A stretch of 61,223 bases of DNA, the filler included. It is 7 parts of 7 records of this genome, joined end to end, with 100 filler letters (N's around TTAATTAATTAA, not from the genome) between each part and the next. Parts side by side here need not be neighbours in the genome. Positions count along the whole stretch, not along the records: positions 48,471 to 54,551 come from SRR31156797_53038; positions 54,652 to 61,223 come from SRR31156797_53043; 5 more parts are not named here. One strand, given 5' to 3'. Of this stretch, positions 50,042 through 59,694 are shown piece by piece. A program made the translations under genes and the position numbers. Below the pieces are notes generated by a model. The model did not search any database. It was not told the DNA's origin and saw nothing but the letters and a program-made list of their open reading frames with translations. Position 1 is the stretch's first letter. Each line of letters begins with the position of its first letter.

Positions 50042-52546
50042 TTACAATAGGTTGGTATCATTTTTACGATAGGCGATCAACAACTCCTTCAAAGCTGTCT
50101 GGCGCTCGCTCGTGTCCCTGTTCTTCACTGCCATGGCCATCGCCTTTCGCGTGCCCACAAGAACCGCCAGATTTCTGGCCCGGGTCAATCCGGTGTACAA
50201 AAGATTTCGAAATAGCATTTTAAAGTGCTGGGTAAGAACCGGAAGGACGACCACTTCAAATTCGCTGCCCTGGGATTTGTGGATGGTAATTGCGTATGCC
50301 AGGTCCAGCTCGACAATGTCATCCCTCTGGTAGACCACGGTACGCTGGTCCGGAAAAAAGGAGACGATGCAGGTCAGCGCTTCAAGGTCAATGGAAATTA
50401 TTTTCCCGATATCACCGTTGAAAACGCCCAGATCGTAGTTGTTACGGCGATGAATCACACGATCGCCAATTCGAAAGATCCGCTCTCCCACTTTTAACTG
50501 CGGTTTGTTTGGCGAGGGCGGATTGGCCGCTTCTTGTAAAATGACATTGAGGTTCATGGTACCGAGACTCCCCCGTGTCATAGGGGAAAGGACCTGTATT
50601 TCAAGCCCCGGGTAGTATTTCGGGATCCACTGTACAACAAGTTTCGTTACGATATCGGTTGCGCAAAGCCCATAACGCAGGGAAGACCAGGGATGAACTT
50701 TTTTCATCACCGCCATCAATTCCTGGGTCCGATTACCCGCCTGAACGACACGGGTCAGGTCCACGTGTTGAAACTTTTTCGGAATCGTCAATTCGGTTTC
50801 ATACGGGGTCAGTGACTCTGCAATGCGGAATTCATAGGGATTTATGGGTTCGGCACCTCTTTCCTTCAATTGGGTTTGATCCCATTGGAAGACCCTTTTT
50901 ACACGAGCGACGAAACCTATTTGTTCCCGTGTCGCTTCATCCGAATCCATAAAAAAGCAATCCGTCCCTTCTGCGGTCCATACTTCCGGTTTTGGAAACG
51001 GAGATTCGATATAGGGAATTTCCCCACGATTGATCTGATGGGCATACTTGATAATCAACGACCTGGCTGCCTGCCGAAATATTTTTGTAAGGCTAAAACA
51101 GGAGATTCGGCCGGATGCGATGATATCCCGCAAAACATTACCCGCACCCACCGACGGAAGTTGGTCCGCATCGCCGATAAAAAGAACCCTTCCTTTCAAG
51201 GGAACCGCACGCAGAAGGGAAGCCGTCAGGTTGATGTCAAGCATGGAGCACTCATCCACAATCAAGACATCTGTTTCCAAAGGGATTTCCTCGTTTTTCT
51301 TGAATCGCCCCATTTGCCACTCCAACAGCCGATGGATGGTCTTCGATTCACGACCGATGACATCGGTCATCCGCTGGGCGGCCCGACCGGTGGGAGCGGC
51401 AAGCATCACCTTTGCACCGGTCGCTTCCAACAATTTCACAATCGCCAAAGTGGTCGTTGTTTTCCCGACACCGGGGCCACCGGTCAATACGGAAAACCGC
51501 CTGCTAACGATGCCCTTCACGGCCGACATCTGTTCATCACTCAATTGGGTAGGCCCGATCGTGCAATAGTGTTCGAGCCAGCGATCCACCTTCTGTTCAT
51601 CAAAGTGGACAACGCCGTCCAACTCGGCAACTCTACGGGCCACATATCGCTCGTCAAAAAAGAGCGTCCGTGAGTAAAAACAGCGGTGGGCTTCATCCCC
51701 CTTTTCGGATTGTTCCCGCACCATCAACTGACCGTCGGATTCCATCTCTTTTAGAATCAAAGGAAGCCGTGTACGGAGATCCAGTGCCAGCAATTCATTC
51801 ACTTGATCCAGAATCTGCGGCTGTGTCAGATAGCAGTGGCCAAAATCTCGACTGGCGGCAAGCACATGGCGCACCCCCGCCATGACCCGCTGCCGACTGT
51901 CCTCTTCCAAACCGATGCTGAGGGCCACTTTGTCCGCAGAAAAAAAACCGATACCATAGATATCCCTGGAGAGCCGGTAGGGATCCGCGCAAACCGCATC
52001 GATGGCCTCATCTCCATACTCCTTGTAGATCCGAACGGAGAACAGCGTACTGATTCCGTGGGATTGCAAAAACATCATGACATCTCGGATGGATCGGTGC
52101 TCGGCCCAGGCGGATTGGATCATACGAAGTTTTTTTTCTGCAATTCCGGCTACTTCGGTCAACCTTTCAATCTCTCCTTCAAAAACAGGCAATGTCTCTT
52201 TACCGAAATGACGGACAATCTTTTTTGCTGTTTTGGGCCCCACGCCTTTGATGAGGCCAGAGCCGAGATATTTTTCCAATGCAGCACTGGAAGCAGGACG
52301 ACGCTCGACCGCACGGGTTGCTTTGAACTGTCGACCGAATTTGGGATGGGTCGTCCATGAACCGGAAAATTCCATGGTCGCACCGGCAAAAACACGGGTC
52401 TGGTGCACGATGACGGTTTCGTGCTGGTGGGGGTTGTTGAAAGGTAAGACCCGAAGAACAGACCAGCCGTTTTCCGTATTGTGGAAAGTAACCCGATCAA
52501 CGATACCGCTGAGCCGTTCGCAAATTGTACCGGTTGGGTTGATCAT
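50042..52546 (-). CDS. recD2: ATP-dependent RecD2-like DNA helicase
   Basis: LIKGVGPKTA HhH, GGPGVGKTT, APTGRAA, DECSM, GDADQLPSVG, AITIHKSQGSE, LLYTGLTRA. Confidence 0.92.
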   Translation of the reverse strand: MINPTGTICERLSGIVDRVTFHNTENGWSVLRVLPFNNPHQHETVIVHQTRVFAGATMEFSGSWTTHPKFGRQFKATRAVERRPASSAALEKYLGSGLIKGVGPKTAKKIVRHFGKETLPVFEGEIERLTEVAGIAEKKLRMIQSAWAEHRSIRDVMMFLQSHGISTLFSVRIYKEYGDEAIDAVCADPYRLSRDIYGIGFFSADKVALSIGLEEDSRQRVMAGVRHVLAASRDFGHCYLTQPQILDQVNELLALDLRTRLPLILKEMESDGQLMVREQSEKGDEAHRCFYSRTLFFDERYVARRVAELDGVVHFDEQKVDRWLEHYCTIGPTQLSDEQMSAVKGIVSRRFSVLTGGPGVGKTTTTLAIVKLLEATGAKVMLAAPTGRAAQRMTDVIGRESKTIHRLLEWQMGRFKKNEEIPLETDVLIVDECSMLDINLTASLLRAVPLKGRVLFIGDADQLPSVGAGNVLRDIIASGRISCFSLTKIFRQAARSLIIKYAHQINRGEIPYIESPFPKPEVWTAEGTDCFFMDSDEATREQIGFVARVKRVFQWDQTQLKERGAEPINPYEFRIAESLTPYETELTIPKKFQHVDLTRVVQAGNRTQELMAVMKKVHPWSSLRYGLCATDIVTKLVVQWIPKYYPGLEIQVLSPMTRGSLGTMNLNVILQEAANPPSPNKPQLKVGERIFRIGDRVIHRRNNYDLGVFNGDIGKIISIDLEALTCIVSFFPDQRTVVYQRDDIVELDLAYAITIHKSQGSEFEVVVLPVLTQHFKMLFRNLLYTGLTRARNLAVLVGTRKAMAMAVKNRDTSERQTALKELLIAYRKNDTNLL

Positions 52547-52740
52547 TGTTAACTCACACCCAATTGGGCGTTTTAAATTCTATAAACGAATGGGAGGTTT
52601 CCATTTCATTGAACACGACCGAGACAGCTCCTTAAAAATTTGGAACACCCGGTTTGGATCATACAAACAACTTGCATCCAGATGATCAAGAAATATATTA
52701 GGTCCTTGATTATCTTGTAACCTTTGCGTAAAGTTTCATC

Positions 52741-53538
52741 ATGGGATATGTTTTCGATTTTCATGACGCCAGACGTTACGACCAATGGTTTTCAAAAAGA
52801 AAAAACCGTTTGGCCGCGGATCTGGAAAGCCGTCTCATGCTCGGAATGCTTGCACCCAACGCCGGTGAATCGGTGCTGGATATCGGCTGTGGGACCGGTG
52901 CCTCAAGCCTGCCGCTATTGGAAAAAGGGTTGGATGTAACGGGAATCGACCCTTCTCCTTACATGCTGGATATCATGGCGGAATCACTGGGTGACCGTGT
53001 TTCCCTGTACCGGGGTGTTTCCGAAGATCTTCCGTTTGACGACAATTCGTTTAACCACGCCTGTTTGTTCACCAGTCTCGAATTTGTGGACGACCCGCAA
53101 CAGGCGCTGGCTGAAGCTTTCCGGGTTGCCAAGGACCGTGTTTTTATCGGCTTTTTAAACCAGTACGCCCTGACCGGGATCGGCCGGCGGGTTCACGGTA
53201 TTTTTACACCGACGATCTATAACCGGGCCTCCTTTTTCAGTGTATGGGAAATCAAAAGCATGGCGCGAAAGCTGATGGGTACGGTACCGGTTTCCTGGCG
53301 CACCGTATGTCAGTTTCCTGGTCCATGGAATACCTGGATGAAACAGTTCGAAGGCTCGGGCCTGGTTCAACGATTCCCTTTTGGCACCTTCGCGGGTATG
53401 GTTGTCACCCTGGTTCCCCGATTTCGAACCCGCCCCCTGGCCATTCGATACCAGCCGAAAAAAGTGGGCAATGCCGTTGTCGGCACGGCAGGGTGTTCCG
53501 GAATGGCACCCTCCGAGCTTAAAAGGACCGTGCGCTAG
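52741..53538 (+). CDS. Class I SAM-dependent methyltransferase
   Basis: VLDIGCGTG, GIDPS, LPFDDNSF. Confidence 0.9.
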   Translation: MGYVFDFHDARRYDQWFSKRKNRLAADLESRLMLGMLAPNAGESVLDIGCGTGASSLPLLEKGLDVTGIDPSPYMLDIMAESLGDRVSLYRGVSEDLPFDDNSFNHACLFTSLEFVDDPQQALAEAFRVAKDRVFIGFLNQYALTGIGRRVHGIFTPTIYNRASFFSVWEIKSMARKLMGTVPVSWRTVCQFPGPWNTWMKQFEGSGLVQRFPFGTFAGMVVTLVPRFRTRPLAIRYQPKKVGNAVVGTAGCSGMAPSELKRTVR

Positions 53539-54551
53539 TGGAAGCCCGATTCTATGAATCCTTGGACGGCGAAAAGGTTCAATGCCGACTGTGCAATCAC
53601 ATGTGCGTCATCCGAAGTGGCGCTAAAGGTATCTGCGGAGTACGTGAAAACAGTAACGGCGTATTGGAAACAAGGGTTTACGGGCGGTTGATCGCAGCCA
53701 ATGACGACCCCATCGAAAAAAAGCCGATCTTTCACCTCATGCCCGGGAGCCGATCCTTTTCCATCGCCACCGTCGGGTGCAACTTTAAATGCCGATTTTG
53801 CCAAAATGCAGACATCGCGCAAAATCCCTCCGATCGGGATGGCAGGAGAAGAGGCGAAAAGGTAACACCGGGACAGGTCGTAGCTGCCGCACAGCACAAA
53901 GGGTGCAGCAGCATTGCCTACACCTATACAGAGCCAACTGTTTTTTTCGAATTTGCTCATGATACGGCAAAACTGGCGCATCAGCAGGGCATCAAAAATA
54001 TTTTTGTAACCAACGGCTATATGAGCACCGAAGCCTTGAATGCGGTGAGCCCTTGGCTGGATGCAGCAAATGTGGATCTGAAGGCGTTCTCCAAAGAGTT
54101 TTACAAACAGCAATGCGGTGCCATGCTGGAACCGGTAAAAGAGACGTTAAAGAAAATGAAGGCGCTGGGAATTTGGGTGGAGGTCACCACTTTGATCATT
54201 CCCGGGTTGAACGACGATCTGAACGAACTGTCCCGGCTGGCATCTTTCGTCGCGGATGAATTGGGGGCAGAAACACCCTGGCATGTCAGCCGGTTCCATC
54301 CCACGTACAAGCTGACGGATCGCGGTCCAACACCGATGGAGACGCTGATGCAGGCCAGAGAAATCGGCATTGCCGCTGGATTGAAATATGTTTATACGGG
54401 AAACATACCGGGTCAAGGCGGGGAGGATACCCTGTGCCCGGGTTGTGGAGAAACCGTTCTGTCCCGGAGAGGCTATCAGATCGAAGACAATCGGATTGAA
54501 AATGGGAAATGCCGCTCCTGTTCGACATGTATTGACGGCATCGGCATGTAA
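53538..54551 (+). CDS. amrS: AmmeMemoRadiSam system radical SAM enzyme
   Basis: CRLCNHMC...GICGVR, DPIEKKP, CNFKCRFC, YTYTEP, HVSRFHP, C-terminal CPGC/CRSC. Confidence 0.9.
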   Translation: MEARFYESLDGEKVQCRLCNHMCVIRSGAKGICGVRENSNGVLETRVYGRLIAANDDPIEKKPIFHLMPGSRSFSIATVGCNFKCRFCQNADIAQNPSDRDGRRRGEKVTPGQVVAAAQHKGCSSIAYTYTEPTVFFEFAHDTAKLAHQQGIKNIFVTNGYMSTEALNAVSPWLDAANVDLKAFSKEFYKQQCGAMLEPVKETLKKMKALGIWVEVTTLIIPGLNDDLNELSRLASFVADELGAETPWHVSRFHPTYKLTDRGPTPMETLMQAREIGIAAGLKYVYTGNIPGQGGEDTLCPGCGETVLSRRGYQIEDNRIENGKCRSCSTCIDGIGM

Positions 54552-54651
54552 NNNNNNNNNNNNNNNNNNNNNNNNNNNNNNNNNNNNNNNNNNNNTTAAT
54601 TAATTAANNNNNNNNNNNNNNNNNNNNNNNNNNNNNNNNNNNNNNNNNNNN
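54552..54651. other. Artificial contig spacer
   Basis: N run / TTAATTAATTAA / N run. Confidence 0.99.
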
Positions 54652-54830
54652 CACTGTTTTCGAAACCAACTGTCGAGTTCAATTCGGCCGACTGGTTTCT
54701 TGACATGGTCGATGGCCTGCTCGATTTCATCCCGCCACTTATGGATTGAGAGCAGAGCCAAGTGGGCGTCTCGACCAGGTGCCAAAGCGGACATGTGCTT
54801 GCCGACGGAACTTACATCTGCACCTGCCAC
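54652..54830 (-). CDS. Small hypothetical protein, runs to contig end
   Basis: SD GAGGTGAGG then GTG; open frame to the edge, directly after the previous ORF. Confidence 0.45.
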
Positions 54831-54835
54831 TGTCC

Positions 54836-55231
54836 TCACCTCATGGTAGTACGCCTTGGCTGCATGGCGTACCACGCACAGTTACGGATATTCTCCCAGT
54901 CAATGTTCCCTTCAAACATACCCTTCTCCATGAAGAAGGCCCATCTATCAAACTCCAGTTGGTCGTTCGGTTTCCTCTTCATGGTATGCTCGAAATCGTC
55001 GCAAGATAATGACACGACCACGTGATAGCACTTGATCCCACGGGAGTTGCTGTCACACCTACCCGCTGCAGCCCTGATATCTACGATGATGTTTCGCACA
55101 CGCGCTGCACTGGGGTCGCATCCATATGGACAGCTGAATTTCAGATCCAACGGACGCGGTTCTACGGCGTCGATGTAGAACAATCGGCCGCATTCTCTGC
55201 ACCGATACTCTTCCAGGGTTATTTGATTCAT
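54836..55231 (-). CDS. Hypothetical protein with N-terminal Zn-ribbon-like motif
   Basis: YRCRECG...FSCPYGC; SD GGAGGTG. Confidence 0.7.
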   Translation of the reverse strand: MNQITLEEYRCRECGRLFYIDAVEPRPLDLKFSCPYGCDPSAARVRNIIVDIRAAAGRCDSNSRGIKCYHVVVSLSCDDFEHTMKRKPNDQLEFDRWAFFMEKGMFEGNIDWENIRNCAWYAMQPRRTTMR

Positions 55232-55287
55232 TCTTCACCTCCGAGCCAGGAGCGGCTCTCCAAAATGCGAGAGCCGCTTTGGCATCA

Positions 55288-55506
55288 TTACGCAGTTGCG
55301 TCTCTCTGGGGACCTGAATCAACCCCATAGACACGCCATGTCTCGTTCTGCATGGACGCCACTATCGCACGGCCTTGTGGCGAGTGCATGTCGATGAAAT
55401 CGCCCGCGTCATCCACACCTCGAAACTGCCTGGCATCCACATCAACCAGCAATTCTCGACCGTCCCATTCAACGACCGGCAGCAGCCTTGTCTCTTCTCG
55501 TGTCAT
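55288..55506 (-). CDS. 72-aa hypothetical protein
   Basis: MTREETRLLPVVEWDGRELLVDV...; SD GGAGGT before ATG 55506. Confidence 0.65.
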   Translation of the reverse strand: MTREETRLLPVVEWDGRELLVDVDARQFRGVDDAGDFIDMHSPQGRAIVASMQNETWRVYGVDSGPQRDATA

Positions 55507-55673
55507 TTTATACCTCCCCTGACCTAAGCGGCCAGGACTCATGATTGGGGACTGGCTGCGTGAAAGGAGGGAACGGGACGTACCGTTGTCAGCTGCTACC
55601 AGGCACAGTACAATCGCTACCGAAATGATGCTCAGAGCCGTATGAAGATCACGGCAGCCAAGGAGAAACCCAG

Positions 55674-56624
55674 ATGCAACGACGCGATGCACTGAAAGCC
55701 ATGGGAGCTACGCTCCTTGCCACAGCGGGATCTTCCCTTCTTCATGGCGACCCACGTAAACCAACCAGCTGGCGAACCGCGTTCGGCCTCAATGGCTTTG
55801 CTTCCTCGTCCCGCAAGTACAACAAGACGTTCCCCATATGGGAGGTCCTTGACTTTGCCGCACAGATGCGTTTTCACGGCATTGAGCTGCACGCTACCTG
55901 GCCGATGGGCGGCTATCCTAAGCCGCACGAAGCCAGAAGAATCGATGCCCTGAAACGCCTCTATAACGCCTACGGCCTGCAGGTCTTCTCAATCCAGACC
56001 GGGGCCGGCGGTGCGTTTTCTCCCGCCGCGGCCGACAGGAAACAATGGCTCGAGGAGTTTCGTAACCAAGCCCAACTCGCCCATGCTGTCGGCTGTGATT
56101 GCATCGGCATGTGGCCAGGAGGTGGCCTGCGGGGCCAGACACTGGATGAAGCGATCAAGCATCTCGGCCGCTCGTTTCGCGAAGCAGCCAAGGTCGCCAG
56201 CGATCTGGGTCTGACTCCAGCCTTTGAGATCGAGCCAGTGTTTGTTTTCAACACCGAAGACCACCTTCGACGTATCTTGCAGACGGCGGATCATCCAGCC
56301 CTCAAAACCATCTACGATCCCAGCCATTTCGATTTGATGAACGGATCGACCGGCCGGCCCCATGAAATGCTGGAACGGATCGGCGCCCAGAACATCGGCT
56401 ATGTGCACTTCACTGACACAGACGGTACACGTCGCGACGGGGGCACATCGAAACACCTGCCATGCGGCGATGGACACATCGACGTGGATGCTTCACTGGC
56501 GACGCTGTGGCGAGGAGGCTTTCGCGGCTGGATGAATATCGACGGATGGGAGATCCCCGACCCCTACGATGCTTGCCGCAAGGGCAAACGCGCGTTCGAT
56601 CGGTTCCTCGCCACTCGGGAGTGA
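55674..56624 (+). CDS. Tat-exported sugar phosphate isomerase/epimerase (AP endonuclease 2 TIM barrel)
   Basis: Tat motif QRRDALK, FEIEP, YDPSH, VHFTD, GDGHID; SD AGGAG. Confidence 0.85.
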   Translation: MQRRDALKAMGATLLATAGSSLLHGDPRKPTSWRTAFGLNGFASSSRKYNKTFPIWEVLDFAAQMRFHGIELHATWPMGGYPKPHEARRIDALKRLYNAYGLQVFSIQTGAGGAFSPAAADRKQWLEEFRNQAQLAHAVGCDCIGMWPGGGLRGQTLDEAIKHLGRSFREAAKVASDLGLTPAFEIEPVFVFNTEDHLRRILQTADHPALKTIYDPSHFDLMNGSTGRPHEMLERIGAQNIGYVHFTDTDGTRRDGGTSKHLPCGDGHIDVDASLATLWRGGFRGWMNIDGWEIPDPYDACRKGKRAFDRFLATRE

Positions 56625-56635
56625 CACGACCCGGA

Positions 56636-56995
56636 TTACAACCAGCGCGTGTAGAACAGGTGTCCCCTGCATCGACAGTCTGACGCGCCGAAACACGGCA
56701 CAGCCAACTCGTAGATATCCCCCAGCTCTCTGGCCAGTTCGCACTCTCGTTCGCGAGGACCTGGCACTATCATGACTCCGAGCATGTTCGCCTTGGTCGA
56801 CAGGTAGTCAATGTGCCATCGCAGCGGCTTCTTCCTGCGAGCATGTCGCTCTATGCGGGCAGAGAGATTGCGCTGAGCGCTTCCGACATAGAAGTACAGC
56901 CCCGGCTGAAACCAAGAGCACCCCAGCTTGCCTACCTGAATCCGGCACCGCGTAGTCAGGTCAAAGACTGCTATGTACGTACCGCCTTGTACCAT
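56636..56995 (-). CDS. GIY-YIG/Uri-superfamily nuclease (DUF123-like)
   Basis: GTYI...YFYVGSA...RIERH...WHIDYL...FGASDCRC. Confidence 0.82.
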   Translation of the reverse strand: MVQGGTYIAVFDLTTRCRIQVGKLGCSWFQPGLYFYVGSAQRNLSARIERHARRKKPLRWHIDYLSTKANMLGVMIVPGPRERECELARELGDIYELAVPCFGASDCRCRGHLFYTRWL

Positions 56996-57145
56996 ATGAA
57001 CTCCGAAGAACAGCTTACCACGCCTGATCCTTCTACACAAAGGCAGCTGCGACAATAGGTTTGCCCGCCTCGCATTCCTCCAGTACACTTGTCCCCGGTT
57101 GTGACTGATACAGATATGCATCATGAGCCGGCTCGGGGGCACATC

Positions 57146-57478
57146 ATGACAACGACTTCGAAAAAGGACCTAGTCAACCGCATTGCCGAAAGGACCGGGA
57201 CCAAGCAGGTCTTGGTGAAGGCCGTGGTATATCAATTCTTCGATGAAATCATCTTCGAGCTTAGCAAGGGCAACCGCCTGGAGTTTCGTGACTTTGGAGT
57301 ATTCGACACAAAGACCAGTGCGTCCCGAACGGCTCAGAATCCTAAGACATTGGAGAAGGTCGAGGTACCGGCCAAGCGCAGGGTCGTATTCAAACCTGGA
57401 AGGCTGATGAGGGAAGGGGTGAACGGTACACCGCTGCAGCACTCCACTCGGTCAATTTCTGACATGCAAGCCAGATGA
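57146..57478 (+). CDS. IHF/HU-family DNA-binding protein
   Basis: KKDLVNRIA, RLEFRDFGVF, AQNPKT, FKPG. Confidence 0.9.
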   Translation: MTTTSKKDLVNRIAERTGTKQVLVKAVVYQFFDEIIFELSKGNRLEFRDFGVFDTKTSASRTAQNPKTLEKVEVPAKRRVVFKPGRLMREGVNGTPLQHSTRSISDMQAR

Positions 57479-57504
57479 AATAACAGCAAGAAGGAGTTGG
57501 GGAA

Positions 57505-59676
57505 ATGACTAATCGCCCTCCACGAACCAAGTCTGCTTTGGTGGCCCTGGCCTTCATCCTGGCTTGTACTTTTGTCACACCAATTGTAGCAAGCGACGAC
57601 ACACAAATCGAACTCGGAATCGGTGGCACCGGCGGCGTGTATTTTCTGGCCGAACCGGGGCAGTTGGTCGTGGACGTGGAAAAACGCGACTTGAATCGGC
57701 GAGGGCGACGGACGGAACTGCAGGCCATCCTGGTGGGACCAGACCGTCAGGTGTTGAAACAGATCACGATTCCTGATGACGGCAAGCCCCGTGGCAGTGG
57801 CACAGGTCCCCGCCAGCGTGTGCATCTTTCGGTACCGGTGGAGCGAAAAGGCGTATACGGGCTGAACGTCACCGTCTCGCAAGACCGCTACGGCGAAGAG
57901 ATCATCTGGGGTTTCCGAACAAACTGCCCGCACTACCTGATCGAAACAGCGCGCGGCCACCGGGACCAACGCCGGGAGGAACCCATCGTCTTGCTCAATC
58001 CAGAGCGGCCAGGAGAGGTCTGCTTTCTACCGCGCAAGGGGCGATTCGCTATAGAGGCCATGAATATCCCGGATGGTGTGGAGACCCTGCATGTATATGA
58101 TGAGCAGGACACGCTCATCCACGCGCTCCCGGTAGCTGCGACCGGGAGGGCATCTCATACGTTCTCTGCCGACAAACGACGGTCAGCTTCGCCCTGGCGG
58201 CTTCACCTGCCGTCGCAACAAGCAACCATCCAAATTGACGGAGTGACCCGCTGGGACAAAGAGGATCTGTACCCCAACCTGCCCTACTGGACACCTGATC
58301 CGACATCATATTTCCCCTTCCAGCAATACCGGTGGATCCTGACCCCGTACAGCAGGACGGTATACGCCCAACCAGGAGAGCAGGCAGAGATCGCTTTCCA
58401 GGTCCACAACAACTCTGGCGAAAGGCGGACAATTCAGCTGAACCTGGAGTTCCCAAACGACCCATGGCCTGCCCGGCTATCGACTAAGCGAGTTGTGCTT
58501 GGTGCAAAACAGGCCACGGAAGTGAAAGTCCGCTACACAGCCCCAGTCGAAGACCAAACGCGCGTCTGTCACGTGCGGGCGACCCCCACGGAGGATCCCA
58601 GCTTCTCCACCTATTCGACGCTGACTGTGAAGGTGGGCGTATCGCCAGCCACACAACCGCTAGAGACACCTATCGTGCTTCGGCCCTACCAGCACGAAAA
58701 CGAGCAGTTCGGATACGCCCCGGACTATCCGGTAGAAAACCAGATGTATTTCGATTTGGAGAACCGCCCGTTTGTCAGGACCACCCAGGGGATTGGAACG
58801 CTGCGCAACAAGCGGTGGACCAACTCTGACTTACAGACAACCGTACGCTCGCCGACAGCGGCCGCAGGGGGCAGGTCGTTCGCGATGGTCTCGACCAAGC
58901 TTGCCTTTGACCGAGACAATGACCTGTATGCAGTGACCATGAGAGGCCGGCAGGCGACCCTGCTTCACTCCACCGACAAAGCAAGGACGTTCTCGGCTTA
59001 TCCGATTCCTGGCCGCGAAGATCGGCCCCAAGTTTTTGACATCGAACAATTCTCCGGCCACAACGTCCCCGGAGCCCCCACCTACGTGGCAACCTATGAC
59101 CGGGAAAAGGGAGAATTGGGACCTCCGGCCTTAGTCGGCTATGGAGCACCAGCCAACGACGTTCACAACACCCCCAGTATCACGATCGACAGCCAGGGAT
59201 ACCTACACGCAATGGTAGGGACTCATGGCCGACTCTTCCAGTATGCCCGGTCGCTAAAACCCAACGATGCACACTCCGGCTGGACCGAAGCAGTAGCCAT
59301 TGGAGAAGACTTGCGACAGACCTACATCGGACTTGTATGTGGTCCGGACGACACACTTCATTGTGTTTTTCGCCTCTGGCGGTTCTCCACTGAGCCTTTT
59401 CCTGCGAGTCACCATGCTGTCCTGGCGTATCAACGCAAGCGACCCGGCAAGCCCTGGGAACCCCCAAGAACTCTAATCGTGCCGCCGTTCTCGGAGTACA
59501 GCATCTTCTATCATCGCCTTACCATTGATCGGGCCGGCCACCTGTTCTTGTCCTATGATTACTGGTCCACCTATTGGTTCTATCGCACTGACCATTGGGG
59601 TACGCGCCGTGCGCTGCTGATGTCTTCGGATAACGGCGGGACATGGGAACTGGGAGAAACGCCGGATCTCCAGTAG
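57505..59676 (+). CDS. Secreted BNR/Asp-box repeat protein (BNR-4-like)
   Basis: Signal peptide; HSTDKARTF and SSDNGGTW Asp boxes; DVHNTPSITIDSQGYLH. Confidence 0.75.
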   Translation: MTNRPPRTKSALVALAFILACTFVTPIVASDDTQIELGIGGTGGVYFLAEPGQLVVDVEKRDLNRRGRRTELQAILVGPDRQVLKQITIPDDGKPRGSGTGPRQRVHLSVPVERKGVYGLNVTVSQDRYGEEIIWGFRTNCPHYLIETARGHRDQRREEPIVLLNPERPGEVCFLPRKGRFAIEAMNIPDGVETLHVYDEQDTLIHALPVAATGRASHTFSADKRRSASPWRLHLPSQQATIQIDGVTRWDKEDLYPNLPYWTPDPTSYFPFQQYRWILTPYSRTVYAQPGEQAEIAFQVHNNSGERRTIQLNLEFPNDPWPARLSTKRVVLGAKQATEVKVRYTAPVEDQTRVCHVRATPTEDPSFSTYSTLTVKVGVSPATQPLETPIVLRPYQHENEQFGYAPDYPVENQMYFDLENRPFVRTTQGIGTLRNKRWTNSDLQTTVRSPTAAAGGRSFAMVSTKLAFDRDNDLYAVTMRGRQATLLHSTDKARTFSAYPIPGREDRPQVFDIEQFSGHNVPGAPTYVATYDREKGELGPPALVGYGAPANDVHNTPSITIDSQGYLHAMVGTHGRLFQYARSLKPNDAHSGWTEAVAIGEDLRQTYIGLVCGPDDTLHCVFRLWRFSTEPFPASHHAVLAYQRKRPGKPWEPPRTLIVPPFSEYSIFYHRLTIDRAGHLFLSYDYWSTYWFYRTDHWGTRRALLMSSDNGGTWELGETPDLQ

Positions 59677-59694
59677 CCATATCCATGGTCTCCA

